Shown here piece by piece: positions 17,243 through 26,327 of a stretch of 44,475 nucleotides of DNA. This stretch comes from a virus. The position numbers and the translations under genes are program-made. The notes beneath the pieces are model-generated. The model did no database searches. It was not told the origin of the DNA and saw only the letters and a program-made list of their open reading frames with translations. Positions within the stretch are counted from its first letter, which is position 1. Every line of letters begins with the position of its first letter. Location of the stretch: positions 1 through 44,475 of the IMG/VR virus record IMGVR_UViG_3300017691_000001, one strand, 5' to 3'.

Positions 17243-18514
17243 TCAGGCCTGGTTGAACATCATGGCACCCGCGAACTGCGGCTGCGTCAGGACGGTGCCG
17301 AAATCGATATCCCAGCGCATCTTGGTGGACAGATCGTTGATCGCGCCCTGCTTGGTGCAGATGATCCGCAGGCCCAGCTTCGGCGTGGTCGCCTGCATCA
17401 CGTCCCAACCATCTTCCGGCTCGACTTCGAACGTGCCCGGCAACAGCCCAACGGCCGACCGCAGGAAGAACGGCGAAATCTCCGCCAGCGTGGTGTTCAG
17501 CCACGTCAGCGCCGCACCATTTGCAGGCGTCGCCGACACGTTCTGATACTCACGCCCGGCAATGGTATTGCCGCCGTTCGAAATCATTGCCGGTGCGATC
17601 TGAAGCGTGTTGGTCGCGGTGTTGACCGAGATGACACGGAACGTCTGAAGCTGGCCCGTGTCCTGCTTGCTGATCAGGTGCACCGAGTTAACGCCCGCGA
17701 TCGTGAAGGCATCGCCCGGCTTGACCGACGCAATGGCCGCCGCCGTCACCACCAGATTGCTGTAGCGGTTGTCGCGGTTGTTCTCGGTGCCGTCCGGTGC
17801 CGTGGTGGTCGCCGCCGGCTCCCAATACTGGTTCGCACCGTTAACGGTGGTCGCGCCACCCGATGCCGGAGCAAGGCGGATCGGCTGATCGTCCACACCG
17901 ACTTCAAAGCCCGCAATACGGGTCGACAGGCGGCCTTCCTTGTATGCGCCGACCGACAGATCGCCCATGGTCTGGCGATCCGAGATGTTCGACAGCATAC
18001 CGATGCTGTTGCGGATGCCGACCATGGCAACGCGGCCATCGCTCGGCACGCCGACTTCGGTCATCTGCGCCATCGAGACGAACAGGTCCGCCGAACCGGT
18101 CGGGGCCACCGTGCGCTTGGTGAAGATCGAGCCTTCCAGCGCCACGCGGTTGCGGATAGCACGGTTCACGTCCGACGCCAGCTTGGTGCCGACCTCGCCC
18201 GCGTACATGTCGATCGCCATCTTGTTGCGCAGTTCCTTGGCGGAAAAGCGCTTCGGGCTCGACTTGTGGAAGCCGACCTGCGCCGGCACCCAGGTTTGGG
18301 TCAAGCCGTCGAAATTGCTGGTCTGGTCAAAGCCATCGAAGCTCGAACCGATCATCGGCTGCGGGATCCACACCTTGTCACGGGTGTAGACCTGGTCCTG
18401 CGCGCTACCCAGGTCGATCTTGGTAGCGAGGTTGGCGTAGACGAGGCGATCCTCGAACGACTCAACGAGGTCGTCAAAGGCTGCACGTACGACGTAGGGA
18501 AAGCTAGAGGGCAT
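17243..18514 (-). CDS. Major capsid protein, P22 coat (gp5)-like
   Basis: 423 aa. AGGAG lies before the ATG. KPGDAFTIAGVNSVHLISKQDTGQLQTFRVISVNTATNTLQIAPAM parallels P22 gp5 [45 protein letters not shown]. Synteny: portal, scaffold, coat. Confidence 0.92.
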   Translation of the reverse strand: MPSSFPYVVRAAFDDLVESFEDRLVYANLATKIDLGSAQDQVYTRDKVWIPQPMIGSSFDGFDQTSNFDGLTQTWVPAQVGFHKSSPKRFSAKELRNKMAIDMYAGEVGTKLASDVNRAIRNRVALEGSIFTKRTVAPTGSADLFVSMAQMTEVGVPSDGRVAMVGIRNSIGMLSNISDRQTMGDLSVGAYKEGRLSTRIAGFEVGVDDQPIRLAPASGGATTVNGANQYWEPAATTTAPDGTENNRDNRYSNLVVTAAAIASVKPGDAFTIAGVNSVHLISKQDTGQLQTFRVISVNTATNTLQIAPAMISNGGNTIAGREYQNVSATPANGAALTWLNTTLAEISPFFLRSAVGLLPGTFEVEPEDGWDVMQATTPKLGLRIICTKQGAINDLSTKMRWDIDFGTVLTQPQFAGAMMFNQA

Positions 18515-18575
18515 TGGTAACTCCTGAATAGGTCAAAAGAGACTAGCTCGATTTCGCCTACTCAGGGATCACAGC

Positions 18576-18623
18576 CCCCCGGACGCTGATGGCAATGCAT
18601 TAAATGCCACAATCGTCCGGGGG
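18576..18623 (-). promoter_or_regulatory. Long interrupted hairpin in the 272-nt leader upstream of the coat gene
   Basis: Perfect 10-bp stem CCCCCGGACG (18576-18585) / CGTCCGGGGG (18614-18623). It encloses an inner 5-bp stem TGGCA/TGCCA around ATGCAT. Confidence 0.6.
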
Positions 18624-18786
18624 TTGCAATAGGGGAACCTTCCGCCCTTGCCCTCTGTGTATTACGATGGCCGGGTGCGCCCATATTGCCTCATCAACAT
18701 GAAACTTCGGACTGATGAGGTTAGGGAGGACGGATCAATCACCAGTGCGGTTCTACACCGGCAGGTTTGCCATCAACCGAAATCAA

Positions 18787-19281
18787 TTAGATAATTTGGC
18801 CGGCGGTATCCTTCGGCGGACGGCCCGGACCGCGACGTGGCGCTTCTTCCGACGCCGGGGCCCCCGACTGAGCCGCCAGCAACGCCCGCAGTTCCGCAAT
18901 CTCGGCATCCTTCGCACTGGTCGCCTTGATCAGCCCGTCTTCCACGCCATGAGCGGCCTTGGGCGACACATCCCAGCCGTTGGTGGACAGCACTTCCGCC
19001 TCGTCGGCATCATGCGCGATGGTCGTCTCGCACAGCAAGCCTTCATAGCGATTGATCACCGTAGGCTCGTCCTTCAGCCCCTCGATCGTGGCGGCACTAT
19101 CCTGCACCTGCTCAACCTCCGTCTTGCGGTACATCATGCGCGGATATTCCGACAGCGGAGCCTGGTCGTAATAGGCAAAGCCGGTATCGCGCTGGACATG
19201 GCGAACACCGCCAGCGTTTTGCTGGTCCTCACGGGCCATGATGGCGTCGGAAGGCGCGCGGAGCGTACGAGTATCGGTCAC
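18787..19281 (-). CDS. Hypothetical protein (164 aa) between the scaffold and coat genes
   Basis: GTG start overlaps the scaffold stop (GTGA). No motif recognised. Confidence 0.68.
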   Translation of the reverse strand: MTDTRTLRAPSDAIMAREDQQNAGGVRHVQRDTGFAYYDQAPLSEYPRMMYRKTEVEQVQDSAATIEGLKDEPTVINRYEGLLCETTIAHDADEAEVLSTNGWDVSPKAAHGVEDGLIKATSAKDAEIAELRALLAAQSGAPASEEAPRRGPGRPPKDTAGQII

Positions 19282-20123
19282 TTGTTGTTACCCTTCTTCA
19301 TGGCGGCCTTGTGCGCGATCACCTTAGAGCGGTCACCGGTGCGCTCGGCTTCCTTTTCCAGCTTATCTAGCATCTTGTCAGCCGAACCAGCGGCAATGAC
19401 CTTGCCACGCACGGGCGTATCCGGTGCGGGCGGGCGGGCGGTAGTGCGCGGCTTCTGCAACATTGCCTCCATCTTGGTGACGGCCTTTACGATGCCGAAG
19501 AAATCGCCTTCTCCATCCATACGGGCGAGTTCTCCTAGCTTGGCCGGGGATTTGCCGGCTGCGTAGATGAACATCGCTGGATTATCGGCATACTTGGCGA
19601 TCATGGCTTGAGCAGGTCCGGAAAGCGTACTGAATACACGATCCTCAACCTCCTGAACGTCTGCAAACTTCAACGCCTTTTTCTGCGTATGATAGTTCTC
19701 AGTAACTCTGGTCCACTGCTCCTGCTGGCTCTGCTCGGCACGGGTGCGCTTGTCATCCTGCTTGGCCTTTGCGGCTTTGCGGGCTTCCCAGGCGTCCAGC
19801 GCTTCGTCAAAGCGGTCATCGTCATAGTCGAAATCCGCCGGTTTGGGGCGGTCGCCTACGACGATTTCAGGTTCGGCGGGGGCGGCTTTAGTGATCTCAG
19901 CAATCCGACGATCACGGATGCGGATTTCCCCCCGCAGCTTCCGAATTAGTTCGGTGTCAGCCGCCGGCTCGGGTTCGTCATCGAAGCCTACGAAAGGTTC
20001 TTCCTCTGCCGGTTCTTCGGGCTGTTCAGCCTGCTCTTCCGGGTCATCCTCAATGATCTGCTCTTCTTCCAGATCGAGGATGTCGTCCTGCTCTTCTTCG
20101 ATGTGATCAGGCTGCGTCGACAT
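19278..20123 (-). CDS. Scaffolding protein (about 281 aa)
   Basis: ATG 20123 preceded by GGAGG. Extremely acidic N-terminus (IEEEQDDILDLEEEQIIEDDPEEQAEQPEEPAEEE), then a charged helical region. Lies between portal and coat as in P22. Confidence 0.75.
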   Translation of the reverse strand: MSTQPDHIEEEQDDILDLEEEQIIEDDPEEQAEQPEEPAEEEPFVGFDDEPEPAADTELIRKLRGEIRIRDRRIAEITKAAPAEPEIVVGDRPKPADFDYDDDRFDEALDAWEARKAAKAKQDDKRTRAEQSQQEQWTRVTENYHTQKKALKFADVQEVEDRVFSTLSGPAQAMIAKYADNPAMFIYAAGKSPAKLGELARMDGEGDFFGIVKAVTKMEAMLQKPRTTARPPAPDTPVRGKVIAAGSADKMLDKLEKEAERTGDRSKVIAHKAAMKKGNNK

Positions 20124-20304
20124 TGGCGGCCTCCACAAATTCCACCATGCTTTCACCAGCTTTGATGGCCTCCTTAAGAGGCCACCCAGCGATCAAAAGG
20201 TTGGCAATATGCGGGATTACTTCCATCCGCCTGTCTTTGCGAATACCTATGCGAATATCGCGAGCCTCATCGCGGATGAGGTCGCCACGAATTTGGTCAA
20301 ACAT
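20107..20304 (-). CDS. Small hypothetical protein (65 aa)
   Basis: ATG preceded by a strong GAGAGGAG. Confidence 0.6.
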   Translation of the reverse strand: MFDQIRGDLIRDEARDIRIGIRKDRRMEVIPHIANLLIAGWPLKEAIKAGESMVEFVEAANVDAA

Positions 20305-20361
20305 CTCTCACTCCTCTCGCCCGTCACAGTCGGCGGTCACTGATGCCCACAGGGTGTGGGG

Positions 20362-20508
20362 TTATCTAATATAAGGAATTAGCCTGTCATTCTCTCTCAT
20401 AACAGGAAGCAGGCCACCTTTCCACGCTTTGCATGTGGCGTAGGTCACGCTGCCATCACCATTTTTAATGGTGACATTACCCGCAACGTCTGTGACTTTC
20501 TTACCCAT
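20362..20508 (-). CDS. Possible small ORF (48 aa) in a locally AT-richer patch
   Basis: Hand-found: MGKKVTDVAGNVTIKNGDGSVTYATCKAWKGGLLPVMRENDRLIPYIR. The ATG overlaps the portal 3' end by 8 nt. Confidence 0.35.
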   Translation of the reverse strand: MGKKVTDVAGNVTIKNGDGSVTYATCKAWKGGLLPVMRENDRLIPYIR

Positions 20509-22726
20509 TGTTCACCTGCCTCTCCGCATGATCCTGCGCCCGCTCCGCCAAGTCAAGCTCTCTCCCTGTCTTGATGCGCTGCATCGGGATTTCGGAGCGG
20601 ATCTTCTCGGCCTGTGCGGAATGCAGATCGGCGCGGGCATATTCCGACACACGCTTGGCGTCATCGTTCGCCGCGTCCAGCCCGCTAGGCGCTTGCGGTA
20701 CAGCCTCAGGACCACCAACAGCTTCGGCCTGCGCCACCTTGAGGTTGGCATCCGCCATAACCTGCTGGATCTTGGCCTGATCCAGACCCGCCGCCGTCAA
20801 CGCCTTCTGTGTCTCGGCTGCCAGCTTCTCCATCTGCTTTTCAAGCAGTTGCTGCTGTACGTCCGGCCCTTGCGCCTGCGCCTCTTCCTCGGCCTGACGC
20901 TGTTCGTCCTCGTTCGGCTTGACCAGGCCCAGCTTGAGCGCACGTGCACGCTGCCAATCCTGGAAGTCGTTGATGCCCTCGCCGTCCATGTTGAGGCCAG
21001 CCGTAATCAGCGCCGCCTGCGCCCCTTCCATGTCCTGTGCTGCCACCGACACTTCGGCATAGGTCAGCATCTGCTTGACCGTCCGGTCCCGGCGCGTCGT
21101 GGTCGTCTCGGCGACGTCCGCCACCACCTTGTAGCGGCCTTGCTGGAAGTTGTTGCGAACCTTCAGTTCGCCCGCATCGCTGTAATCCTCATGCAGCGTG
21201 GCTTCCCCGTCGTCGCCGTCCTCAGTCATCGTTTCGACCACGCGGCCCGGCTCCACGTACACCTCGCACGCCATAGCCAGATACAGCTCACCCGCGCGCT
21301 GCGTGGACTGACGGTCGTTGTCGAGGAAGATGCCCGACTTAGCGTCTACCCGTGCCGCCGCGATGTCCATGGCATCAGCGCTGGTGTTGGCCTTGACCTC
21401 CTCCGGGTTCTGGTCGTCCTCGGCAAACAGGCCGTTCAGCATCTCGACCATTGCCGCCAAGGTGGCCGGCACTTGGGGCGTCTCGACCTTGCCTACGGGT
21501 CCGGCGGCGGCGATGCTGCCATCAACCGGGTTCAACAGCGGATTGACCAACGCGTAAGGATGCCGGTCGATATTCCCCCGCGCCCACATCTCCGCCAGAT
21601 TGGGCGGCATCTGCTCAGCCGCGAAGATCGGCCGCTCATAAGGGGCTAGCGTCGTGATCTCGTACAGCGATGACATGACCGCGTTGAACACGCGTACCAT
21701 ATCCATGTTCTGCTGCACGATGCCCCGGAACCACTCCACGCCATCCACATAGGCGCGCTCGCCATAGACCGGCACGATGGGGATATTGCCGCCCGCGATA
21801 TAGCCGCAATCCTCCAGCACCTCGGCACCGGACATGATATACTTGTGGCACCGCCGACGCTTGGCCTTACGCTTGCGCTGCGTGAAGCCTCGGTCGCGCA
21901 AGTCCTTGATATCTTCGGCGCTCAGGTCTTTCTGCCAGAAGCGCTCTTCCTCGCCGCTGGTTTCCTGCGTGAAGATCAAGACGTTTTCGTCCCGGTCCTC
22001 TACCTCGTAATACTCGCATACCGCGATCGTATCGGGGCGGAACCAGTCGTAGAGCCATGAGCGCTTATTGGCATCGGGCCAGCCAGTATACTGCGCTTTG
22101 GGATACTCTTCCTTGAACGCTTCCTCAGACCAACCAGTGAGCACGAACGCGAACTTGGCGTCGGACTTGTCGTACAGCGTCGACGGTCCAAAGAACACCG
22201 ACTGATCCGCATCCGCAATCAACGATGCCGGGTTCACACGCTGATAGTCGCTGTCCTTATCAAGCGGATCTGCCCAATCGTTGCATAGGCGATACGCACC
22301 AAAGCCACCCTTGGCGGCCTCGGACCGCGCATTGTCCCGCGCCTGCTGCGCCTTGAAGAACTTTGCGTCCGCCCGGTACAGGCTGTCGAGCGTATCCGCC
22401 GTATCACGGTCACTGGCACCGCCGGACGGGCGGAAATCCGGCTCGATGCGGTTCTGTCGGAAGTCATTCTCCAGCTTGCGCAAAGCACGCTTCAGCTTGG
22501 GAAACTCCAGCTTGATGGCGTCCTTGCCATAGGCGTCGCCGACAGAGCCTTCCCACATTGCGCCTGGAATATCGGCAAAGCGACGCGCCATGAGGGCCAG
22601 CTCACGCACCGGCATCTGAGGCAGCACGCTTTCATCAAAGCGACGCATGGCACGGTCATGGATCTTGCTGTCGGCCTCGGAGGACTTGTCAGAAGCCTGG
22701 TCTTCGGCAATCTCCGTATCGTTCAT
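20501..22726 (-). CDS. Portal protein, P22 gp1-like, with a C-terminal coiled-coil barrel
   Basis: Eye alignment to P22 gp1: DKSDAKFAFVL / DKSDARHCTVI; DTIAVCEYYEVEDRDE / DTIQIAEFYEVVEKKE; RRRCHKYIMSGAEVLED / RRRVYKSIITCTAVLKD; GNIPIVPVYGERAYVDGVEWFRGIV / [25 protein letters not shown]. Start set at ATG 22726 (MNDTEIAED); the track N-terminal extension overlaps TerL. Confidence 0.93.
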   Translation of the reverse strand: MNDTEIAEDQASDKSSEADSKIHDRAMRRFDESVLPQMPVRELALMARRFADIPGAMWEGSVGDAYGKDAIKLEFPKLKRALRKLENDFRQNRIEPDFRPSGGASDRDTADTLDSLYRADAKFFKAQQARDNARSEAAKGGFGAYRLCNDWADPLDKDSDYQRVNPASLIADADQSVFFGPSTLYDKSDAKFAFVLTGWSEEAFKEEYPKAQYTGWPDANKRSWLYDWFRPDTIAVCEYYEVEDRDENVLIFTQETSGEEERFWQKDLSAEDIKDLRDRGFTQRKRKAKRRRCHKYIMSGAEVLEDCGYIAGGNIPIVPVYGERAYVDGVEWFRGIVQQNMDMVRVFNAVMSSLYEITTLAPYERPIFAAEQMPPNLAEMWARGNIDRHPYALVNPLLNPVDGSIAAAGPVGKVETPQVPATLAAMVEMLNGLFAEDDQNPEEVKANTSADAMDIAAARVDAKSGIFLDNDRQSTQRAGELYLAMACEVYVEPGRVVETMTEDGDDGEATLHEDYSDAGELKVRNNFQQGRYKVVADVAETTTTRRDRTVKQMLTYAEVSVAAQDMEGAQAALITAGLNMDGEGINDFQDWQRARALKLGLVKPNEDEQRQAEEEAQAQGPDVQQQLLEKQMEKLAAETQKALTAAGLDQAKIQQVMADANLKVAQAEAVGGPEAVPQAPSGLDAANDDAKRVSEYARADLHSAQAEKIRSEIPMQRIKTGRELDLAERAQDHAERQVNNG

Positions 22727-22814
22727 ACCAGCCACTCCACCACAGTCCACGCGCCAATGATCGCCAGCAGTAGCACCAAACAGCCGCAGCATCCACCCTC
22801 TTGGCGCTGGGGCA

Positions 22815-24032
22815 TCAGCGGCGGGCCATGGAGGGGATAGCGATGGACACGGTGGACGGTCTTTCCTTGATCCTGCGCACGCCTTCCAGCGCATAGCGCA
22901 ACGCGTCAATCAAGTGGTTGTTCTTGTCCTCCAGCACAGGCATCGGCTCACCTGTCAGCTTGTCCAGCTTGTAGCTATACGTGGCCAGCTCGTCCGCCAC
23001 ATGCTGGCAACGCGGATGCACGATAATATCGAATGACTGAAGAAAAGAGATACCCTCCTCGACAGAGCCTGGCCCCTTCACGCTAGGACGAATGCGAGAA
23101 AAGCCATTGTTGCGCAGATAGCTGATCGTCTCAGGTCGGCTGCTATCTGCCGTGATAGGCCATTTCTCCGCATCAGGCACCCGGCTGAACAACTCCGGTA
23201 GCTGCACAATCTCACAGCCAATCTTGTATGCCTCATGATCGATGTAGAGCGACTGTCCGCGAAGGTAGCATCGGACCAAGCACGATGGATCGATACTGTA
23301 GCCGAAGTCCGCGCCCAGCCGATATTCAGCAACGCTGGCGGTTTCGAACTCGACTTCCGCGCCCACGCGCCAGTTCTTGAACACGCGCGCTTCGCTGTTC
23401 TGCCAATACGCACCGCGCCAGATGTGCAGATACTTGTCGTAATCCCGCTCGCGCTGCCACTCCATCTGGGTGCGCAGTTCGTCAGGGAACCAAGGGTTGT
23501 CGTCGTGCTGCACCTCCAGCACCATGGCACCAGGCGGCGGCACCTCATTACGGAACAGCGCATCGACAGGATCGGCCGCCCGCAGCGGGTTCCACGTCAG
23601 CCAGATTTCGCTGTTGGGTGCACGAATGGTGGGGATCAACGTGTCCAGCGACCCTTGCGTGATGGATTGCGCCTCGTCTACCCACGCGATCGTCACGCCT
23701 TCAAGCGACTTGATACCGGTGGCATTGCCCCGAAGGCCCGCAAAGATGAACAGAGACCCGTTCTTTCCCCGGATCTCGCTCTCGGTGGACTCAAAGAAAT
23801 GCCCTACGCCCATGCGAGCGATCTCGTCATCCAGTAGGCGTTTGGAGCTATCCTTGATGCTCTTCTGCACCTCGCGGGCGCACAGCACGCGTTCCGGGTT
23901 TTGTAGCGCCTTCAGCACCAATGCAGACGCAACGGAGCGTGATTTGCCGCCACCGCGCCCGCCCCACATTGCCTTGAAGCGGCTGGGTTTGAATAACTGC
24001 TCGGCCCAACGGGGGAGTTCAATGTCAGCCAT
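22815..24032 (-). CDS. terL: Terminase large subunit (PBSX/Terminase_3-like)
   Basis: Walker A WGGRGGGKS, Walker B-like IAWVDEA, and nuclease-half motifs (GADFGYSIDPS, HLIDALRYAL). Confidence 0.93.
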   Translation of the reverse strand: MADIELPRWAEQLFKPSRFKAMWGGRGGGKSRSVASALVLKALQNPERVLCAREVQKSIKDSSKRLLDDEIARMGVGHFFESTESEIRGKNGSLFIFAGLRGNATGIKSLEGVTIAWVDEAQSITQGSLDTLIPTIRAPNSEIWLTWNPLRAADPVDALFRNEVPPPGAMVLEVQHDDNPWFPDELRTQMEWQRERDYDKYLHIWRGAYWQNSEARVFKNWRVGAEVEFETASVAEYRLGADFGYSIDPSCLVRCYLRGQSLYIDHEAYKIGCEIVQLPELFSRVPDAEKWPITADSSRPETISYLRNNGFSRIRPSVKGPGSVEEGISFLQSFDIIVHPRCQHVADELATYSYKLDKLTGEPMPVLEDKNNHLIDALRYALEGVRRIKERPSTVSIAIPSMARR

Positions 24033-24322
24033 CAGCCCTTGAACACGACGTTCACAAAGTTCTTGACCGTCTCTTCCGAGAGTTCAAGTTCCTTTGGCAA
24101 GATGGAGGCCACTACCTTGAGGTATTGGTCGGGCTTTTCGGTGCGAACAGTCTCAATAGTTTGCTCGCCATGCTCTGCAAAGCTCTTCTGCATTGCTTGC
24201 AAGAATGCTTCGCCAAGCTTAGCCCGCGCCCCTTTAGGGCGGCCGCCATTGCCGCTATTTCCCGCTACAAAGCGGCCCTTCGCATCTTGTGCGGGCTTAG
24301 GCTGTTGCTGGTCCTCCATCAC
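24032..24322 (-). CDS. Putative terminase small subunit (DUF5681-like)
   Basis: GRFVAGNSGNGGRPKGARAKL matches the F.xGxSGNPxGRPKG motif common in small-terminase-like proteins of alphaproteobacterial phages. Directly upstream of TerL (ATGA overlap). Start is GTG 24322 or ATG 24319. Confidence 0.65.
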   Translation of the reverse strand: MMEDQQQPKPAQDAKGRFVAGNSGNGGRPKGARAKLGEAFLQAMQKSFAEHGEQTIETVRTEKPDQYLKVVASILPKELELSEETVKNFVNVVFKG

Positions 24323-24486
24323 CCTAAAATAGCCCTAATCACCCGCCGTGCCAAGTCCCTACCGAGGCCCCAGCCAAATCCGCGTTTGAAGTGGTGCCAG
24401 ATGGTCATATCCATGTCTCCATATAGCTTGCTGTCATCCGCCACCAGCCGTCCTCTTGAAGCCGCTTGGCTGATCTGCGCGGCCAT
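24319..24486 (-). CDS. Possible small ORF (55 aa) upstream of the TerS-like gene
   Basis: Hand-found: MAAQISQAASRGRLVADDSKLYGDMDMTIWHHFKRGFGWGLGRDLARRVIRAILG. Its stop overlaps the TerS ATG (TGATG). Confidence 0.4.
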   Translation of the reverse strand: MAAQISQAASRGRLVADDSKLYGDMDMTIWHHFKRGFGWGLGRDLARRVIRAILG

Positions 24487-24500
24487 GGCCGGTTAGGCCC

Positions 24501-24533
24501 CCATCGCGACAATGCGCCATCGCGGCAATCGCG
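24501..24533. repeat. Short clustered repeats C(C/A)ATCGCG x3 upstream of the packaging genes
   Basis: ccatcgcg (24501-08), ccatcgcg (24517-24) and caatcgcg (24526-33), plus caatgcg (24510-16), in the 70-nt gap 24487-24556. Confidence 0.6.
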
Positions 24534-24556
24534 GTAGGACGACCGCCGCGTGACCT

Positions 24557-24796
24557 TCACGGTTGCGCCTCGTCGATCATTAGCGACGCCCCCCGCCGAC
24601 GCTTCCTCAGCGTCGCCCGTTGTCCTCCCGCATATACCGCAACCAGCATCCGCAACGCGCCCCGGCCTGGATCGAACCAGCCGATCGCCTTGACCGGTTG
24701 ACCAAGGCTTTCGGGCGCACCGTGACGGCGTAACGCTTCATCGGCAAGACGGGGCTGCATAATCATGCGCGTGAAGCGGGGCTGTGCGATGTTCAC
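24557..24796 (-). CDS. Hypothetical protein (79 aa)
   Basis: GTG start overlapping the upstream stop (GTGA). Confidence 0.55.
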   Translation of the reverse strand: MNIAQPRFTRMIMQPRLADEALRRHGAPESLGQPVKAIGWFDPGRGALRMLVAVYAGGQRATLRKRRRGASLMIDEAQP

Positions 24797-25032
24797 CCAT
24801 TCCTCCCTTCATGATTGCGGAGAGCGGTGAGGGCGGCGGTGGCCATGTCGAGGTAGTCGCTCTGATACGGCTCGTTGATGTCGCGATACCGCCCGCCACT
24901 CATGCCTCGCTTGGCGATCCACCGCGTCTTGTTGACGAAGGCGTTGGCGAACTCATCGCCGTTTGCCCGCGCGATGGCCTTGGCGACTTCCAGCCGCAGC
25001 GCCTCGTCATCCTGTGTCCGGGGGTGGGTCAT
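24793..25032 (-). CDS. Hypothetical protein (79 aa)
   Basis: ATG ORF, translationally coupled on both sides. Confidence 0.62.
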   Translation of the reverse strand: MTHPRTQDDEALRLEVAKAIARANGDEFANAFVNKTRWIAKRGMSGGRYRDINEPYQSDYLDMATAALTALRNHEGRNG

Positions 25033-25178
25033 GGGCGGGGCATCCCTAGCGTCTTACGTAGCTGATCCATGCCGCCCGGTGACCACTTGGCAATGATCAC
25101 CACGGCCTCGGCATAGGCGGTTTTCAACACCTCGATCTGCTCGCGCAGCTTGGCGTTCTCGGCTTCCAGAGCGCTCAC
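25029..25178 (-). CDS. Possible small coiled-coil protein (49 aa)
   Basis: Hand-found: VSALEAENAKLREQIEVLKTAYAEAVVIIAKWSPGGMDQLRKTLGMPRP. GTGA and ATGA overlaps fill the gap between the flanking genes exactly. Confidence 0.5.
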   Translation of the reverse strand: MSALEAENAKLREQIEVLKTAYAEAVVIIAKWSPGGMDQLRKTLGMPRP

Positions 25179-25912
25179 TTCCCCGTCTCCCCGGCAAGGG
25201 CGAGTTCACGGCCGCGCTTGAGACAGGCGTAAGCAATGCCCACGATACTATCGTCGTCGACATTATCATAATCAGCCGGATAACCTTGCTCGCTCACGAT
25301 ACGCCGCGCCTCGATCAGGTCAGGGTCCACCGGCTCGGGCAGCAGGGCGACGATGGCGCGGGCATCATAAATCGACTGCTGCACAAGATCAGTTTGCGTC
25401 GAACAAATGTCGGCCAATGCCATCCGCCGCACCAGCGCCTCCATCCGCGCCGTCACATCAGGCTTGGTGTCTGCCTGGGGGGTGGACTGGGGGGTGACGT
25501 TGCGGATGCGCCAGCCGGTATCTGCCTTGATGAAACGACCAACCCACTTCGACCCATCAGGGCGGAAGCAACTATTCGAGCCGTCCGGTGCCGGCCTAAC
25601 AGCGTAATCACCGTCGTTGTCTGGACCGCTAAATAGCTTTACCGGCACCACCCGCCCATCCTCATGCACCGCCTCAAGCTCGCCGCTCCAGTCGATCGGG
25701 GCAGGCTGGCGGTAATGCGGGTGGTCAAGGTCTAAGCGGAAAGCCGTCACGGTCGACCATTGCCAATAATCCGCAGTCAACGGGTCGTCGAGACCACACC
25801 ATACATCGCCGTCCCGAACGGCACAGGTCGCCTCATCCTCCAACCACCCCGGCCGCTTGCCATCCACGGAGATGGCGAGGCCCCATTCGATGTCGTTGCT
25901 GATGTCGGTCAC
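25175..25912 (-). CDS. Hypothetical protein (245 aa)
   Basis: GTG start (GTGA overlap). No motif recognised. Confidence 0.68.
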   Translation of the reverse strand: MTDISNDIEWGLAISVDGKRPGWLEDEATCAVRDGDVWCGLDDPLTADYWQWSTVTAFRLDLDHPHYRQPAPIDWSGELEAVHEDGRVVPVKLFSGPDNDGDYAVRPAPDGSNSCFRPDGSKWVGRFIKADTGWRIRNVTPQSTPQADTKPDVTARMEALVRRMALADICSTQTDLVQQSIYDARAIVALLPEPVDPDLIEARRIVSEQGYPADYDNVDDDSIVGIAYACLKRGRELALAGETGK

Positions 25913-26250
25913 TTCACCTCTCCCTTGCTGATAGCCCCTACAGCCGCCTCCAACCGCCCTAGCAGCGCTTCGAAGCGGTCCAGGGCCTCTGTGCTAGGGA
26001 GGATGGGTGATGCGGCCTGTGGGGCTTGTGAGGGCACGTATGAGGCATGTTGCCATTCCCATTTATAAAATGGCCGCTCCTCTCCATCTACATCATTGAC
26101 ACGAAGCATGTCACCTACAGCGAAGATAACGGTCTCCATGCCCATACGATAACCAAGCCGTTCCTCGCGTTCGTCAGTGCATGCATCACTACCCACATAC
26201 CGCACCCGGTCACCGGCCTTGAACTCAACGGGATTTTCATTCATAGTCAT
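25909..26250 (-). CDS. Hypothetical protein (113 aa)
   Basis: ATG preceded by GAGAGGAGGG. GC visibly lower than in neighbours. Confidence 0.65.
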   Translation of the reverse strand: MTMNENPVEFKAGDRVRYVGSDACTDEREERLGYRMGMETVIFAVGDMLRVNDVDGEERPFYKWEWQHASYVPSQAPQAASPILPSTEALDRFEALLGRLEAAVGAISKGEVK

Positions 26251-26275
26251 CTCAGCGCCCTCCTCTCTGGCGTCA

Positions 26276-26316
26276 GGCGGGACCGTCGAGCAAGCCTCTC
26301 AAGCTCCGGTCCCGCC
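26276..26316 (-). promoter_or_regulatory. Intercistronic perfect 10-bp hairpin
   Basis: GGCGGGACCG (26276-85) / CGGTCCCGCC (26307-16) with an inner GAGC/GCTC pair. Lies between the stop at 26328 and the ATG at 26250. No U-tract. Confidence 0.55.
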
Positions 26317-26327
26317 GTCATAACAAA

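Noticed and set aside
16517-18520. 667-aa plus-strand ORF antisense to the coat gene. Similar long antisense ORFs occur at 5634-6785, 20468-21649, 27430-28389, 33772-34641, 11421-12104 and 868-1401.
   Set aside because: These are Arg/Gly/Ala/His-rich low-complexity translations lying exactly opposite genes with clear family motifs. That is the expected artefact of high GC (few stop codons). They have no RBS and no coupling.
22727-22909. Longer portal ORF start (802 aa, MTRCAMRWKAC...)
   Set aside because: The extension overlaps the TerL 3' end by 95 nt and is Pro/Arg/Cys-rich. The ATG at 22726 gives an N-terminus (MNDTEIAED...) compatible with P22-type portals.
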